A program made the position numbers and the translations under genes. Under the pieces are notes generated by a model. The model saw only the letters and a program-made list of their open reading frames with translations, was not told where the DNA came from and did no database searches. A stretch of DNA of 64,000 nt from Spirochaetota bacterium (GTDB taxonomy: Bacteria; Spirochaetota; UBA4802; UBA5550), in NCBI GenBank assembly GCA_050298055.1, contig JBNKTL010000004.1:34223-98222 (forward strand). The letters are read 5' to 3'. This document shows, in pieces, positions 39,694 to 49,333 of this stretch (positions are counted from its first letter, which is position 1; each line of letters opens with the position of its first letter).

Positions 39694-40869
39694 ATGCAAT
39701 TAAGTATTAATATTGTATCTCTCATAATTGGCACTGCAGTTATTTTAGGATTATTTATTTCCATCTTGATATTAACGGTTAAAAAGAAAAATAAATCACC
39801 GAATATTATTTTGGCTCTTTTTCTTCTGACTATAACCTTTCCCCTTTCGAATGTTATTCTTTATGAAACTAAGGCTTTCCAGTATATGCCGTATCTGATA
39901 CGATTGGGCGAACCTTTTCGACTACTCATAGCCCCATTTTTTTATTTTTATACTATAGCATTAACTAACGGCAGAATTAAGTGGAACCGATTCTTAATAC
40001 TTAATTTTATTCCTTTTACAGCCAATGTCATTTTTCTATTACCGTTTTATATGGAGCCATCTGACATAAAAGTCAGGTTTATTATGGGCCATTATTTTAC
40101 GCATAAAGTATCTTTTGTTGCTTATCACTTCATCTTCTTCATTATAATGCTGATACAGTTTGCCTTTTATCTCTTTCTGGCAAAAAAAGAGATAAAACAT
40201 TATGAAGTAAAGATAAAAGATACTTTTTCCTCAATCGAAAAAATCAGCCTCTCCTGGCTGAATTCCTTTGCCAATGTGGCTCTGGCATTTTGTATCTTCC
40301 TTCTTGTATTTTGTGCATTTCTCTTCATTTTTGTTATCATACTTGGGCCTTTTAAAAACCAGTTTAGTATTTCCATTCGCCTGTTTCCGAATATTGTTTC
40401 ACTATTGCTTATAGTCATTGTTTTTAAAGCATTGCGTCAGCCGCTGATATTAAGCGACTTTTCCGAAGACAGGAAATATGAGACTCCATTGGAAAAATAT
40501 GAATTATCTAACCTGATTCCGAAAGATGCTGAAAAATATTTGCAGAAACTCATCCGGTATATGGAAGAGGAAAAACCATACCTCCAGCCTGAACTAGCTC
40601 TTAAACAGATCGCAGATAAATTGCAAATCCCGGTACGGCATCTCTCGCAGGTAATTAATGAAAAGATTGGTATGAATTTCTATAATTACATTAATTCATA
40701 CCGTATTGAAGAAATAAAAAAGTATCTCTCCGATCCTGATTTTAAAAAGGAAACCATTCTCAATCTGGCTTATGATGCCGGCTTCAATTCGAAGTCCACC
40801 TTCAATGCTGTTTTTAAAAAAGCCACTGGCCTGACCCCTCAACAATACCGCCGGACAGCATTTAACTAA
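39694..40869 (+). CDS. Membrane-embedded (7TM) AraC-family regulator
   Basis: Multi-TM N-terminus; EKPYLQPEL, LSQVINE, NFYNYINSYR, GFNSKSTFN.VFKK.TGLTP. Confidence 0.92.
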   Translation: MQLSINIVSLIIGTAVILGLFISILILTVKKKNKSPNIILALFLLTITFPLSNVILYETKAFQYMPYLIRLGEPFRLLIAPFFYFYTIALTNGRIKWNRFLILNFIPFTANVIFLLPFYMEPSDIKVRFIMGHYFTHKVSFVAYHFIFFIIMLIQFAFYLFLAKKEIKHYEVKIKDTFSSIEKISLSWLNSFANVALAFCIFLLVFCAFLFIFVIILGPFKNQFSISIRLFPNIVSLLLIVIVFKALRQPLILSDFSEDRKYETPLEKYELSNLIPKDAEKYLQKLIRYMEEEKPYLQPELALKQIADKLQIPVRHLSQVINEKIGMNFYNYINSYRIEEIKKYLSDPDFKKETILNLAYDAGFNSKSTFNAVFKKATGLTPQQYRRTAFN

Positions 40870-41010
40870 AAAAATGTCCGAAAGGATGCTTTCGGACGAC
40901 AAAACCACTTCATCGATAATATTATATAACCAAATGAACCAGACCGGCGGATAGCATCCCGGTCATAAACAAAGTTAACCTTAAAACTCGTTATCAGGAG
41001 GTAACTCATT

Positions 41011-41700
41011 ATGAGTTTGTTAACCATGCATGGTATTTCAAAGACATACCAGGCAGGAGAGATTCAGGTGCCCGCATTAAAAAATATTAATCTCGAAATC
41101 GATGAAAATCTTTTTATTTCCTTTATCGGTCCCTCAGGCAGCGGCAAAACCACGCTGCTTAACTTGATCGGCTGTCTGGACAAACCTACCGAAGGTGAAA
41201 TTTTTATTAATAATGAGAATGTAAACAGGCTGATGCGGAAAGAAGCGGCGGAATTCCGGGGCAGAAATATGGGGTTTATATTCCAGAGTTTTAACCTGGT
41301 GCCTGTGCTGACAGTTTATGAAAATGTGGAATACCCCCTTGTCATGGTGCAGAAACTGCCGGTATCACAAAGGAAAGAGAGAGTTCTGAGACTTCTCGAA
41401 AGGGTCGGCATGATTGATAAAAAAGATCAATTGCCCAACCAGATTTCCGGAGGGCAGAAGCAGAGGACTGCCATAGCAAGGTCGCTGGTATTAAATCCTA
41501 AAATTGTGCTGGCTGACGAGCCTACGGCAAATCTCGATACCGGAACGGCATACAATATCATTAACGTTATGCACGAAATGAAAAAAGAATTCGGAACCAC
41601 ATTTATTTTTTCCACCCATGATCCGAAGATCGTCGGGGAAGCAGAGATTATATACACCCTGGAAGACGGTATTATCATCGGTTCTAAAAAAGTTCATTAA
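41011..41700 (+). CDS. ABC transporter ATP-binding protein (LolD/MacB-like)
   Basis: GPSGSGKT, GFIFQSFNL, ISGGQKQR, LADEPTANLD, STHD. Confidence 0.95.
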   Translation: MSLLTMHGISKTYQAGEIQVPALKNINLEIDENLFISFIGPSGSGKTTLLNLIGCLDKPTEGEIFINNENVNRLMRKEAAEFRGRNMGFIFQSFNLVPVLTVYENVEYPLVMVQKLPVSQRKERVLRLLERVGMIDKKDQLPNQISGGQKQRTAIARSLVLNPKIVLADEPTANLDTGTAYNIINVMHEMKKEFGTTFIFSTHDPKIVGEAEIIYTLEDGIIIGSKKVH

Positions 41701-41712
41701 AGGAGACAAAAA

Positions 41713-42963
41713 ATGAAAAGCATCTTGCAGATTGCACTAAGAAATCTCTTCCGCTATAAAAGGAGAACATATTTAACTACCGGTATTGTCATTTTCGGCG
41801 TTGCCCTGGTGATCGTTTTTTCCGGATTTTCGAATAGCATGAAAAAAGATATGATCAGCGCAATAACAGGCGGACTTTTGGGAGATATACAGATCCATGC
41901 GAATGGTTATGTAGCTTCTATTGAAAGCCTGCCTCTTTATCTTAACATAAATGAAACTCATTATCAGAAACTAAAAAAACTTCTGGATCAAAATCCAAAC
42001 ATTGAAGCTTTCACTCCCAGGATCAAATTCGGTGGCATGGTCAGTAACTATGCCAGAACTTCAGGGATGCGTTTCCTCGCAGTGGATCCTGTCAGCGAAA
42101 TGAAGGTTTGTACCAATCTTCCGTTAAGGATTAGTCCATCCCCGGATCCGGAAAAAGGAGTCATACAAAAAGGTGAAATAGTGATGCCGTCTCTTATCGC
42201 AAACGGCATGTCTATCAAGAAAGGGGATGAGGTTGTCATTCTGGCCAACAATAAAGAAGGCTCAATCAATGCCGTACCATTAAAGGTCGCAGGTATGTCA
42301 GATTCTGTTACAGGTCCGAGCGGACGCGATGCTTATATTCATATTGATGATGCCCAAACTTTACTCAGAATGGGCAGCATTGAGATAAGTGAAGTGGCGA
42401 TAAGACTTAAAAATTTTGATAAGTTAAAAAAAATCCAAAGGAACATCTCTCAGATTTTATCCCAAATTGAGGATGAAAACGGTAAAACCATATTTGAATC
42501 CCATACCTGGCAGGAGCTTTCCCCGGTTGTAACTTTCATCAATGTAATGGATATTTTTAGAATAGTATCCAGATTAATTCTGATAGTAATAGTTTTGATC
42601 AGCATTATGAACGTAATGATCATGTCGGTTTACGAGAGGGTGAGTGAAATAGGCACAATAGCGGCAATCGGGACTGTCCCCTCAAAGATATTATCTATAT
42701 TTCTTTCTGAAGGAATTATCATGGGATTTTTAGGGACCGTTCTTGGGATTGTCGCCGGTTTTATTATTAATTGGATAATCGGTCTTATGAAAATAAACAT
42801 GACCCTGGGGCATATGATGAGGCTGACGCCGCACCCCTTTGTTTATGCAGGTGATATTGTCAGCACCTGTGTTATCGTAATCATTATCGCAGGATTGGCA
42901 AGTCTGGAACCGGCGTTAAAGGCTTCCAAACTTGAACCCGTGGATGCCATGAGGCATAATTGA
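41713..42963 (+). CDS. FtsX/LolE-like ABC permease
   Basis: IALRNLFR..RR, SVYER..EIGT..AIG, PALKASKLEPVDAMR. Confidence 0.93.
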   Translation: MKSILQIALRNLFRYKRRTYLTTGIVIFGVALVIVFSGFSNSMKKDMISAITGGLLGDIQIHANGYVASIESLPLYLNINETHYQKLKKLLDQNPNIEAFTPRIKFGGMVSNYARTSGMRFLAVDPVSEMKVCTNLPLRISPSPDPEKGVIQKGEIVMPSLIANGMSIKKGDEVVILANNKEGSINAVPLKVAGMSDSVTGPSGRDAYIHIDDAQTLLRMGSIEISEVAIRLKNFDKLKKIQRNISQILSQIEDENGKTIFESHTWQELSPVVTFINVMDIFRIVSRLILIVIVLISIMNVMIMSVYERVSEIGTIAAIGTVPSKILSIFLSEGIIMGFLGTVLGIVAGFIINWIIGLMKINMTLGHMMRLTPHPFVYAGDIVSTCVIVIIIAGLASLEPALKASKLEPVDAMRHN

Positions 42964-42981
42964 AAGATTAAGGAGGGATCT

Positions 42982-43749
42982 ATGAAATATAAGATTAAAT
43001 TGCCGGTATTCGTCATCATAATATTTTTTTGTTTAATATTGAATGTATTCCCGGGGGACAATATTTCGAAAAAAGGAAATAGAATATTGGAACAGATCGA
43101 CAGGAGCCTGATGCCTGTTTCATATGAATCCTACAGAAAGCTTATTAATATTGAACCGGATGGAAGAAAAAAAGAATTCGTATTATATACGATTAAACGC
43201 GGAGCGAATAAGCTTGCTATGCTCTATTTATCACCCCCGATTGACAAAGATAAGGCGACCCTTCGTCTGGGCGATAACATGTGGTTATATATGCCAAACA
43301 TCGGTAAACCGCTCAGGATCACAAGCATACAATCAGTCACAGGCGGTGTCTTTAGCAACGCGGATATCATGCTGTTGGATTATCACGTTGAATATAATGC
43401 TGTCAATCTGGAAGAAAAAGATGATGAATATTATCTTATGCTGAAAGCTAAAACCAATGCCGTGGCTTATGACAAATTAAAGATGTGGGTAAAAAAAAGC
43501 GGGACAATCGTTAAGAGTATCAAAAAGGTTGAATGTTACTCCGCATCCAATATGCTTTTGAAGACACTGGAATTTAAAAATATAAAAGATTTCGGAGGCA
43601 ACCTGGTCCGTCCTTCGGTAATCGAGACATACAGCCCTCTTTATAAAGGGTATAAATCATATATGATTATTTTAAAAGTTAAGGAAAGAATATTTCCGCA
43701 TGAAGTATTTTCACTTAATTATTTACCGCGGTTAAAGAATTTAAAATGA
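42982..43749 (+). CDS. LolA-like outer-membrane lipoprotein-sorting protein
   Basis: SPPIDK..TLR..DNMWLYMP....LRI, GGVFSNAD, YDKLKMWV. Confidence 0.85.
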   Translation: MKYKIKLPVFVIIIFFCLILNVFPGDNISKKGNRILEQIDRSLMPVSYESYRKLINIEPDGRKKEFVLYTIKRGANKLAMLYLSPPIDKDKATLRLGDNMWLYMPNIGKPLRITSIQSVTGGVFSNADIMLLDYHVEYNAVNLEEKDDEYYLMLKAKTNAVAYDKLKMWVKKSGTIVKSIKKVECYSASNMLLKTLEFKNIKDFGGNLVRPSVIETYSPLYKGYKSYMIILKVKERIFPHEVFSLNYLPRLKNLK

Positions 43750-45068
43750 AAACAATAAAGTTATTATTGATTCTGCTTATAATCTCCAGGACTGCATTTG
43801 CTGCAGATGATGATATTGATGTCTCTAAGATCACAAATATCCCCGATATTGAAAAAACGGACACTCAAGAAAACAACATAATCGAACTTCCCCTTAAAAT
43901 CAGCGGTATTCTGGATGGGAAATGGCAGATATATCAGCTGAGAATAGGTTCGCCGTATTACAAACTTAATTATTACGGTCAGGAGAATATTAATCCAAAT
44001 CTATCTTTATATCTTTTTGAATTATTTCTCAATGGTGATTATTCAGGCAAAAATTATGGGCTTCATATAAAAACTCATAGCACATATATTGACGAAGAAA
44101 ATAAAGATTTTACTGTGTATGAAGCGTATAATTATTTAAATATCGGTTCAATGTTTTCCCTGGAGTTTGGTAAAAAGATATTTGGATGGGGGAAGGGGTA
44201 TATAATAAATCCTGCAGGATATTTTAATCCAAAAAAAGATATTGAAAATCCGGAACAGGCACAGGAGGGAATACTTGCTTCTCAAATCGAGTTTACAAAA
44301 AGTTTTAATTCGGATATATTGGGAACCTTTGCATTAACATTTGTCGTTGTTCCCCCATCTCCGGTTATTAATGACACATACGGTGAGTTGGGAAAGACGG
44401 AATACGGCGCTAAACTGTATTTTCTTTTCCTCGATACAGATATCGATTTTTTATCTTATTATATTGACCAAACTCATTATCAGTACGGATTGGATTTATC
44501 AGGAAACATAGGGGATTATTTTGAGGTTCACGGAGAATTGAATTATTTTCATAATAAATATGTATATCTTTTTGAAAATGATACTATCTTAAATCCAAAA
44601 AACAAAAAAGGTATAAGTTATCTTGCCGGCTTCCGTTTCGTGCCCCGGTATGATCTCAAAGTTATTGGTGAATATTATCATAATGACGCCGGATTGAGCG
44701 AAGATGAATATAAAGATTATCTTTCTTTTATGGAGAGAAGCTATGAGAGTAATGATCCGGCTATAATACAAAAAGCAAAAGGAATTGTTAAAAGCAATTT
44801 AAAATCACAGATGCTGATGAAAGATTATGCATATATGAAGATAACAAAAACGGATCTATTCGGTATTCTCTATCTTTCACTATCGCCTTATATCCTGTTT
44901 AATATTCGGGATAAGAGCTTTATCACCGGTCCGGAAATATCATATAATCCATTTTCAAATTTTGAACTGGCTTTAAAACAGTTATCTTTCATAGGAAAGG
45001 ATGATTCCGAATATGGCAGCAAACAAAATAGATTGATGTATGGATTTGAAATGAGAGTGTATTTTTAA
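43746..45068 (+). CDS. Putative outer-membrane beta-barrel protein
   Basis: Signal peptide, GKKIFGWGKG...NP, EYYHN, C-terminal aromatic residue (RVYF). Confidence 0.75.
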   Translation: MKTIKLLLILLIISRTAFAADDDIDVSKITNIPDIEKTDTQENNIIELPLKISGILDGKWQIYQLRIGSPYYKLNYYGQENINPNLSLYLFELFLNGDYSGKNYGLHIKTHSTYIDEENKDFTVYEAYNYLNIGSMFSLEFGKKIFGWGKGYIINPAGYFNPKKDIENPEQAQEGILASQIEFTKSFNSDILGTFALTFVVVPPSPVINDTYGELGKTEYGAKLYFLFLDTDIDFLSYYIDQTHYQYGLDLSGNIGDYFEVHGELNYFHNKYVYLFENDTILNPKNKKGISYLAGFRFVPRYDLKVIGEYYHNDAGLSEDEYKDYLSFMERSYESNDPAIIQKAKGIVKSNLKSQMLMKDYAYMKITKTDLFGILYLSLSPYILFNIRDKSFITGPEISYNPFSNFELALKQLSFIGKDDSEYGSKQNRLMYGFEMRVYF

Positions 45069-45746
45069 ATTAAAGGTTATTATTTATTATTTAGCAATAA
45101 ATTACTGCTGACCAGACCAGTAAGTGCGGCATTTGGAGAAAACACTTTTTTTTTTGCAATCTTTGCGTCCCGGCGGTTCAGAAAAAGTGTGAATGAAAAT
45201 CCTTCAAACAGAACTCGCACCGGAAAGGCTGAACCGAATAATCGAGTCATCCGATAAATTTACACTGATCTCATAGCCGAGAAAATCCGAGAGGGATTGA
45301 ACAAGGGGAAGACCCAGGCCGCTGTGCCCCGATCCGGAGGTCCGCGCGGTGTCCTTCCTCCAGAACCTTTCGAACATCCTCTCCAGGTCCTCATTGTATC
45401 GAATTAAGATCTCCTTTGAGATCTCTTTCCTGGATTTATTGCTGTTGAGAATATTTTTAATAAATTGGGATAGTTTTCTGGGACGAAGAATTATCGGGGT
45501 ACCCAGACTTATATCCCAGGTCAGTGATTTGTCAAATATTAATCAGATTGAGTTTTCTTCTCTTAACGGGAATAATATAAATTCTAACATTACGGGAAGA
45601 TGACTAAAAAATTAAAAAAATTTTGTCCTATTCATCTCTAAAATGCACTATATAATGATAGATCATTAATAAGGATATGTCCATACCGTGGTTGGCGGCG
45701 GTATATCTTTTATTATGTTTTTAATGAATATGATTATTATGCATAG

Positions 45747-46124
45747 ATGAGTCGTTACATCCGGACTATGAAAAATAAAAACTTTACACTTGAATATCTC
45801 CCCAATTCTATTATCCTGAAATTACATCTGGATGAACTTGACCTCATGACTTCACCTAAGATCGCACCGGGTATTGAGTCTGTGATAAAAAATATCAGTG
45901 ACACACATCTTATCATTGATATAGACAGGCTGGACTATATCGACTCCACGGGCATATCGCTTATCTTTTCCATAATAAAGACATGCAGTAAGAAGGAAGT
46001 GATCATATCCATAATCTGTAAAAATGAGAAGATCAGGCAATTCTTCAGTCTGTTCAGCATGAACTTCAACTTTACCTTTTATCCGGATATTGAAGAAGTC
46101 TTTAAAAAATTCCCCGATAAGTGA
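45747..46124 (+). CDS. STAS domain anti-sigma-factor antagonist
   Basis: LDYIDSTGISL motif. Confidence 0.85.
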   Translation: MSRYIRTMKNKNFTLEYLPNSIILKLHLDELDLMTSPKIAPGIESVIKNISDTHLIIDIDRLDYIDSTGISLIFSIIKTCSKKEVIISIICKNEKIRQFFSLFSMNFNFTFYPDIEEVFKKFPDK

Positions 46125-46151
46125 TTTTTCTAAAGTTCCGGTTTTTCTGTT

Positions 46152-47240
46152 TTAATCTTCACAGGACATATGGCAAATGCCTGTGGGGGTATCCTTTACA
46201 AAGGGGAAGTATTTCTTCCTGAAGCGGATGGCTACGTTTACAAGGGATATCAGTACCGGGACCTCTACAAGGGGCCCGATGACCGCGGCGAAAGCCTGTC
46301 CCGAATCTATCCCGAAAACGGCAATGGCAACGGCAATTGCCAGCTCAAAGTTATTGGAGGCCGCCGTGAACGAGAGGGTTGTTGCCTGCTCGTAGCTTGC
46401 TCCTGCTTTCATCGAGAGGAAAAAGGAGACCAGGAACATCACAAGAAAGTAGATGGTAAGGGGTATGGCTATTCTCATAACATCGAAGGGGAGCTGGACT
46501 ATATATTCGCCCTTGAGGGAGAACATCACAAGTATGGTAAAGAGAAGAAAGATAAGAGTCAGGGGGCTGATTTTCGGGATCAGCTTCTCCCGGTACCACT
46601 CTTCATTCTTCAGTTTTATTCCCGCCAGGCGTGTTATCATTCCCGCAAGAAAAGGGATGCCCAGGTAAATAAAAACCGATTCCGCGATCTGGCCCATGGA
46701 TATATCCACCACGGTGCCTTTCAGGCCGATTAATCCCGGAAGGACCGTAATAAACAGGTACGCATAGACCGAGAAAAAGATTACCTGGAAGAGGGAGTTG
46801 AAGGCGACCAGCCCGGCACAGTACTCCCTGTCGCCCTCTGCCAGGTCGTTCCAGACGATGACCATGGCAATACACCGGGCAAGACCGATAAGGATAAGCC
46901 CCGTCATATATTCGTGCCGGCCGGAGAGAAACGTGATTGCCAGGAGAAACATCAGTACCGGCCCGATGATCCAGTTCTGGACAAGGGAGAGGAGGAGGAC
47001 CTTCCCGTTCCGGAAAACCTCATGGAGTTTCTCGTACTTGACCTTTGCAAGGGGCGGGTACATCATCAGGATGAGGCCCACGGCAATGGGGATATTTGTT
47101 GTCCCCGCCTGGAACGAGTTAATGATATCTTTAATCCCCGGAAAGAAATATCCTGTCATGACTCCCGCAAACATGGCGGAGAAGATCCAGAGTGTGAGGA
47201 AACGGTCGAGAAAAGATAACCTTTTGCCTGTTTTTTCCAT
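46152..47240 (-). CDS. acr3: Acr3-family arsenite efflux transporter
   Basis: [52 protein letters not shown]. Confidence 0.96.
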   Translation of the reverse strand: MEKTGKRLSFLDRFLTLWIFSAMFAGVMTGYFFPGIKDIINSFQAGTTNIPIAVGLILMMYPPLAKVKYEKLHEVFRNGKVLLLSLVQNWIIGPVLMFLLAITFLSGRHEYMTGLILIGLARCIAMVIVWNDLAEGDREYCAGLVAFNSLFQVIFFSVYAYLFITVLPGLIGLKGTVVDISMGQIAESVFIYLGIPFLAGMITRLAGIKLKNEEWYREKLIPKISPLTLIFLLFTILVMFSLKGEYIVQLPFDVMRIAIPLTIYFLVMFLVSFFLSMKAGASYEQATTLSFTAASNNFELAIAVAIAVFGIDSGQAFAAVIGPLVEVPVLISLVNVAIRFRKKYFPFVKDTPTGICHMSCED

Positions 47241-47278
47241 GAGAGCCTCCTTGATTACCGGTTAATAAAAATAGCTTT

Positions 47279-47629
47279 TCAGCTGCAGGCGTTTACCTTT
47301 TTTCTCTTAAGGTAAGCAGCCATTTTGATCCTGTCTTCCCTTGCCTCTGAAGTAAGGGGCAGTGATGCCCGCAATGCCTCTATAAAATCATCTTCCGGGT
47401 TTTCCGGATCTCTCTGCAGCCGGTAGTAGTTCCACCGGTTCTCACGCCTGTCATCGAGCCAACCGCTGTTTTTCAGATAAGCCAGATGCCGTGATACCGT
47501 TGACTGGGGGAGCCCCAGGACCTCCATAAAGTCACAGACGCAGTATTCCTTTCCGTCAATGAGTATGGCCATTATCCGCAGACGCGTGACGTCACCCAGA
47601 GCCTTAAAAAGTTTTTCCACCCTTCTCAT
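47279..47629 (-). CDS. arsR: ArsR/SmtB-family repressor
   Basis: FKALGD.TRLRI, EYCVCD, QSTVSRHLAYL. Confidence 0.92.
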   Translation of the reverse strand: MRRVEKLFKALGDVTRLRIMAILIDGKEYCVCDFMEVLGLPQSTVSRHLAYLKNSGWLDDRRENRWNYYRLQRDPENPEDDFIEALRASLPLTSEAREDRIKMAAYLKRKKVNACS

Positions 47630-47790
47630 ATGGAACCAATATATCCGCATAAGCAGATGGATGTCAATAGATTTTCATTTGTTAGTGATCTGTGAAAATC
47701 TTTCTCTTACTCTTCTCTGTGTCGAATTTATCGTCTTGACAAATAAATTCAGGACCGTATTTTTGCAAAAAAAATATGAGGGAGTGGAAG

Positions 47791-49053
47791 ATGATTGATC
47801 CCCGGCTGATACGAGAGGACCTTGATGGAATAAGGGCCATGCTGAAAAAGCGTCACATGGAGGACGCGGTTGATGTTGACTACCTGAAAAAGATTGATGA
47901 GGAGAGGCGTGAACTCACCCAGGGATCCGATGAACTGAAGAGCAAAAGGAACAGGATCTCCAAAGAGATCGGGAACAGGAAGTCCCGGGGCGAAGATGCC
48001 AATGATATCATGAAAGAGGTCCAGGAGATCAACGACCGGATAAAGGAGATGAGCGACCGCCTCGCCTTTCTTGACGAAGAGTACCGGGAGCTCCATCTTT
48101 CCATTCCGAATATTCTGGACGGTTCTGTCCCTGAAGGTGCCGATGAAAAAGACAACGTGGAGGTAAGGAGCTGGGGAGAAAAGAGGGAGTTCTCCTTTGA
48201 ACCGAAACCCCATTATGAACTGGGTACCGATTCCGGGATACTGGACTTTGAGAGGGGAGTAAAGATCTCCGGCGCACGGTTCTATCTCTACAGGGGACTG
48301 GCCGCGCGCCTGGAAAGGGCCGTCATAAACTTCATGCTGGACCTGCATACGGGAGAACACGGGTATACCGAGACATTCGGGCCCTTTCTTGTTAACGATG
48401 AGAGTATGACCGCTACGGGTCAGTATCCCAAGTTCAAGGATGAGTATTACAGAATGGAGAGGGACGGCCTGTCGCTCATACCCACCGCCGAGGTGACCCT
48501 TACCAATATTTACCGGGACGAGATCCTCAATCTTGAGGAACTTCCCGTAAACGTTACCATGCAGTCCTCCTGTTTCCGGAGAGAGGCCGGTGCCGCGGGA
48601 AAGGACACCCGGGGACTTATCAGGGTCCACCAGTTCCAGAAGGTTGAGCTTGTTAAGTTCGTTGATCCCGAAACATCCTTTGATGAACTGGAGAAGCTCA
48701 CCTCCCACGCCGAGGAGGTGCTGAAGAGGCTCAACCTCCACTACCGGGTGGTCCTCCTCTCAAGCGGGGACACCTCCGCGTCCTCCGCCAGGACATATGA
48801 TATCGAGGTCTGGATGCCGGGGCTTGACAGGTACCTGGAGATATCATCCTGCTCCAACTTCATGGATTACCAGGCCAGAAGGGCAAAGATAAGGTACAGA
48901 AAGGCAAAGGGTGAAAAGCCTGAGTACCTTCATACCCTTAACGGTTCGGGACTTGCCGCGGGGAGGACCCTTGCCGCAATTATGGAAAACTACCAGAGAG
49001 AGGACGGCAGCATCGAGATCCCCGAGGTACTGAAGCCTTATATGAAGGAGTGA
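47791..49053 (+). CDS. serS: Serine--tRNA ligase
   Basis: [43 protein letters not shown]. Confidence 0.97.
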   Translation: MIDPRLIREDLDGIRAMLKKRHMEDAVDVDYLKKIDEERRELTQGSDELKSKRNRISKEIGNRKSRGEDANDIMKEVQEINDRIKEMSDRLAFLDEEYRELHLSIPNILDGSVPEGADEKDNVEVRSWGEKREFSFEPKPHYELGTDSGILDFERGVKISGARFYLYRGLAARLERAVINFMLDLHTGEHGYTETFGPFLVNDESMTATGQYPKFKDEYYRMERDGLSLIPTAEVTLTNIYRDEILNLEELPVNVTMQSSCFRREAGAAGKDTRGLIRVHQFQKVELVKFVDPETSFDELEKLTSHAEEVLKRLNLHYRVVLLSSGDTSASSARTYDIEVWMPGLDRYLEISSCSNFMDYQARRAKIRYRKAKGEKPEYLHTLNGSGLAAGRTLAAIMENYQREDGSIEIPEVLKPYMKE

Positions 49054-49333
49054 AGATCCATTGGGAGTCCTTTAATAATATTAGAATTATTCACATCATC
49101 GTAGTTAGATATAAAGAAAATTTTCTTCTGCTAGTTTTTTGATATTATTTCAAAAGAATTTATTATACAGAACAGATCCTAAATAATTGATAGATAGTAT
49201 TTCTCATGAAAATGGAAACTAGAATGGAATGCTTTTTTTATTTGATATTGTAATAAGAAGTGGTGGACAAAAATTCATAATTGATATAACCAGTCATATG
49301 TATAGTGTGCATTAATCCTATGCAGTTTTAAAA

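Noticed and set aside
37905..45600. tRNA-integrated prophage or ICE
   Set aside because: No integrase and no duplicated tRNA 3' end (att site) found by eye.
45193..45603. Possible gene remnants (MKILQTELAPERLN... and the 84 aa ORF)
   Set aside because: Short interrupted frames with no motif I can assign; probably debris.
47749..48741. 330 aa antisense ORF
   Set aside because: Shadow of serS on the opposite strand. The same applies to 25679-26470, 6901-7494, 21632-22252, 35283-35927, 46170-46733 and the other short overlapping ORFs.
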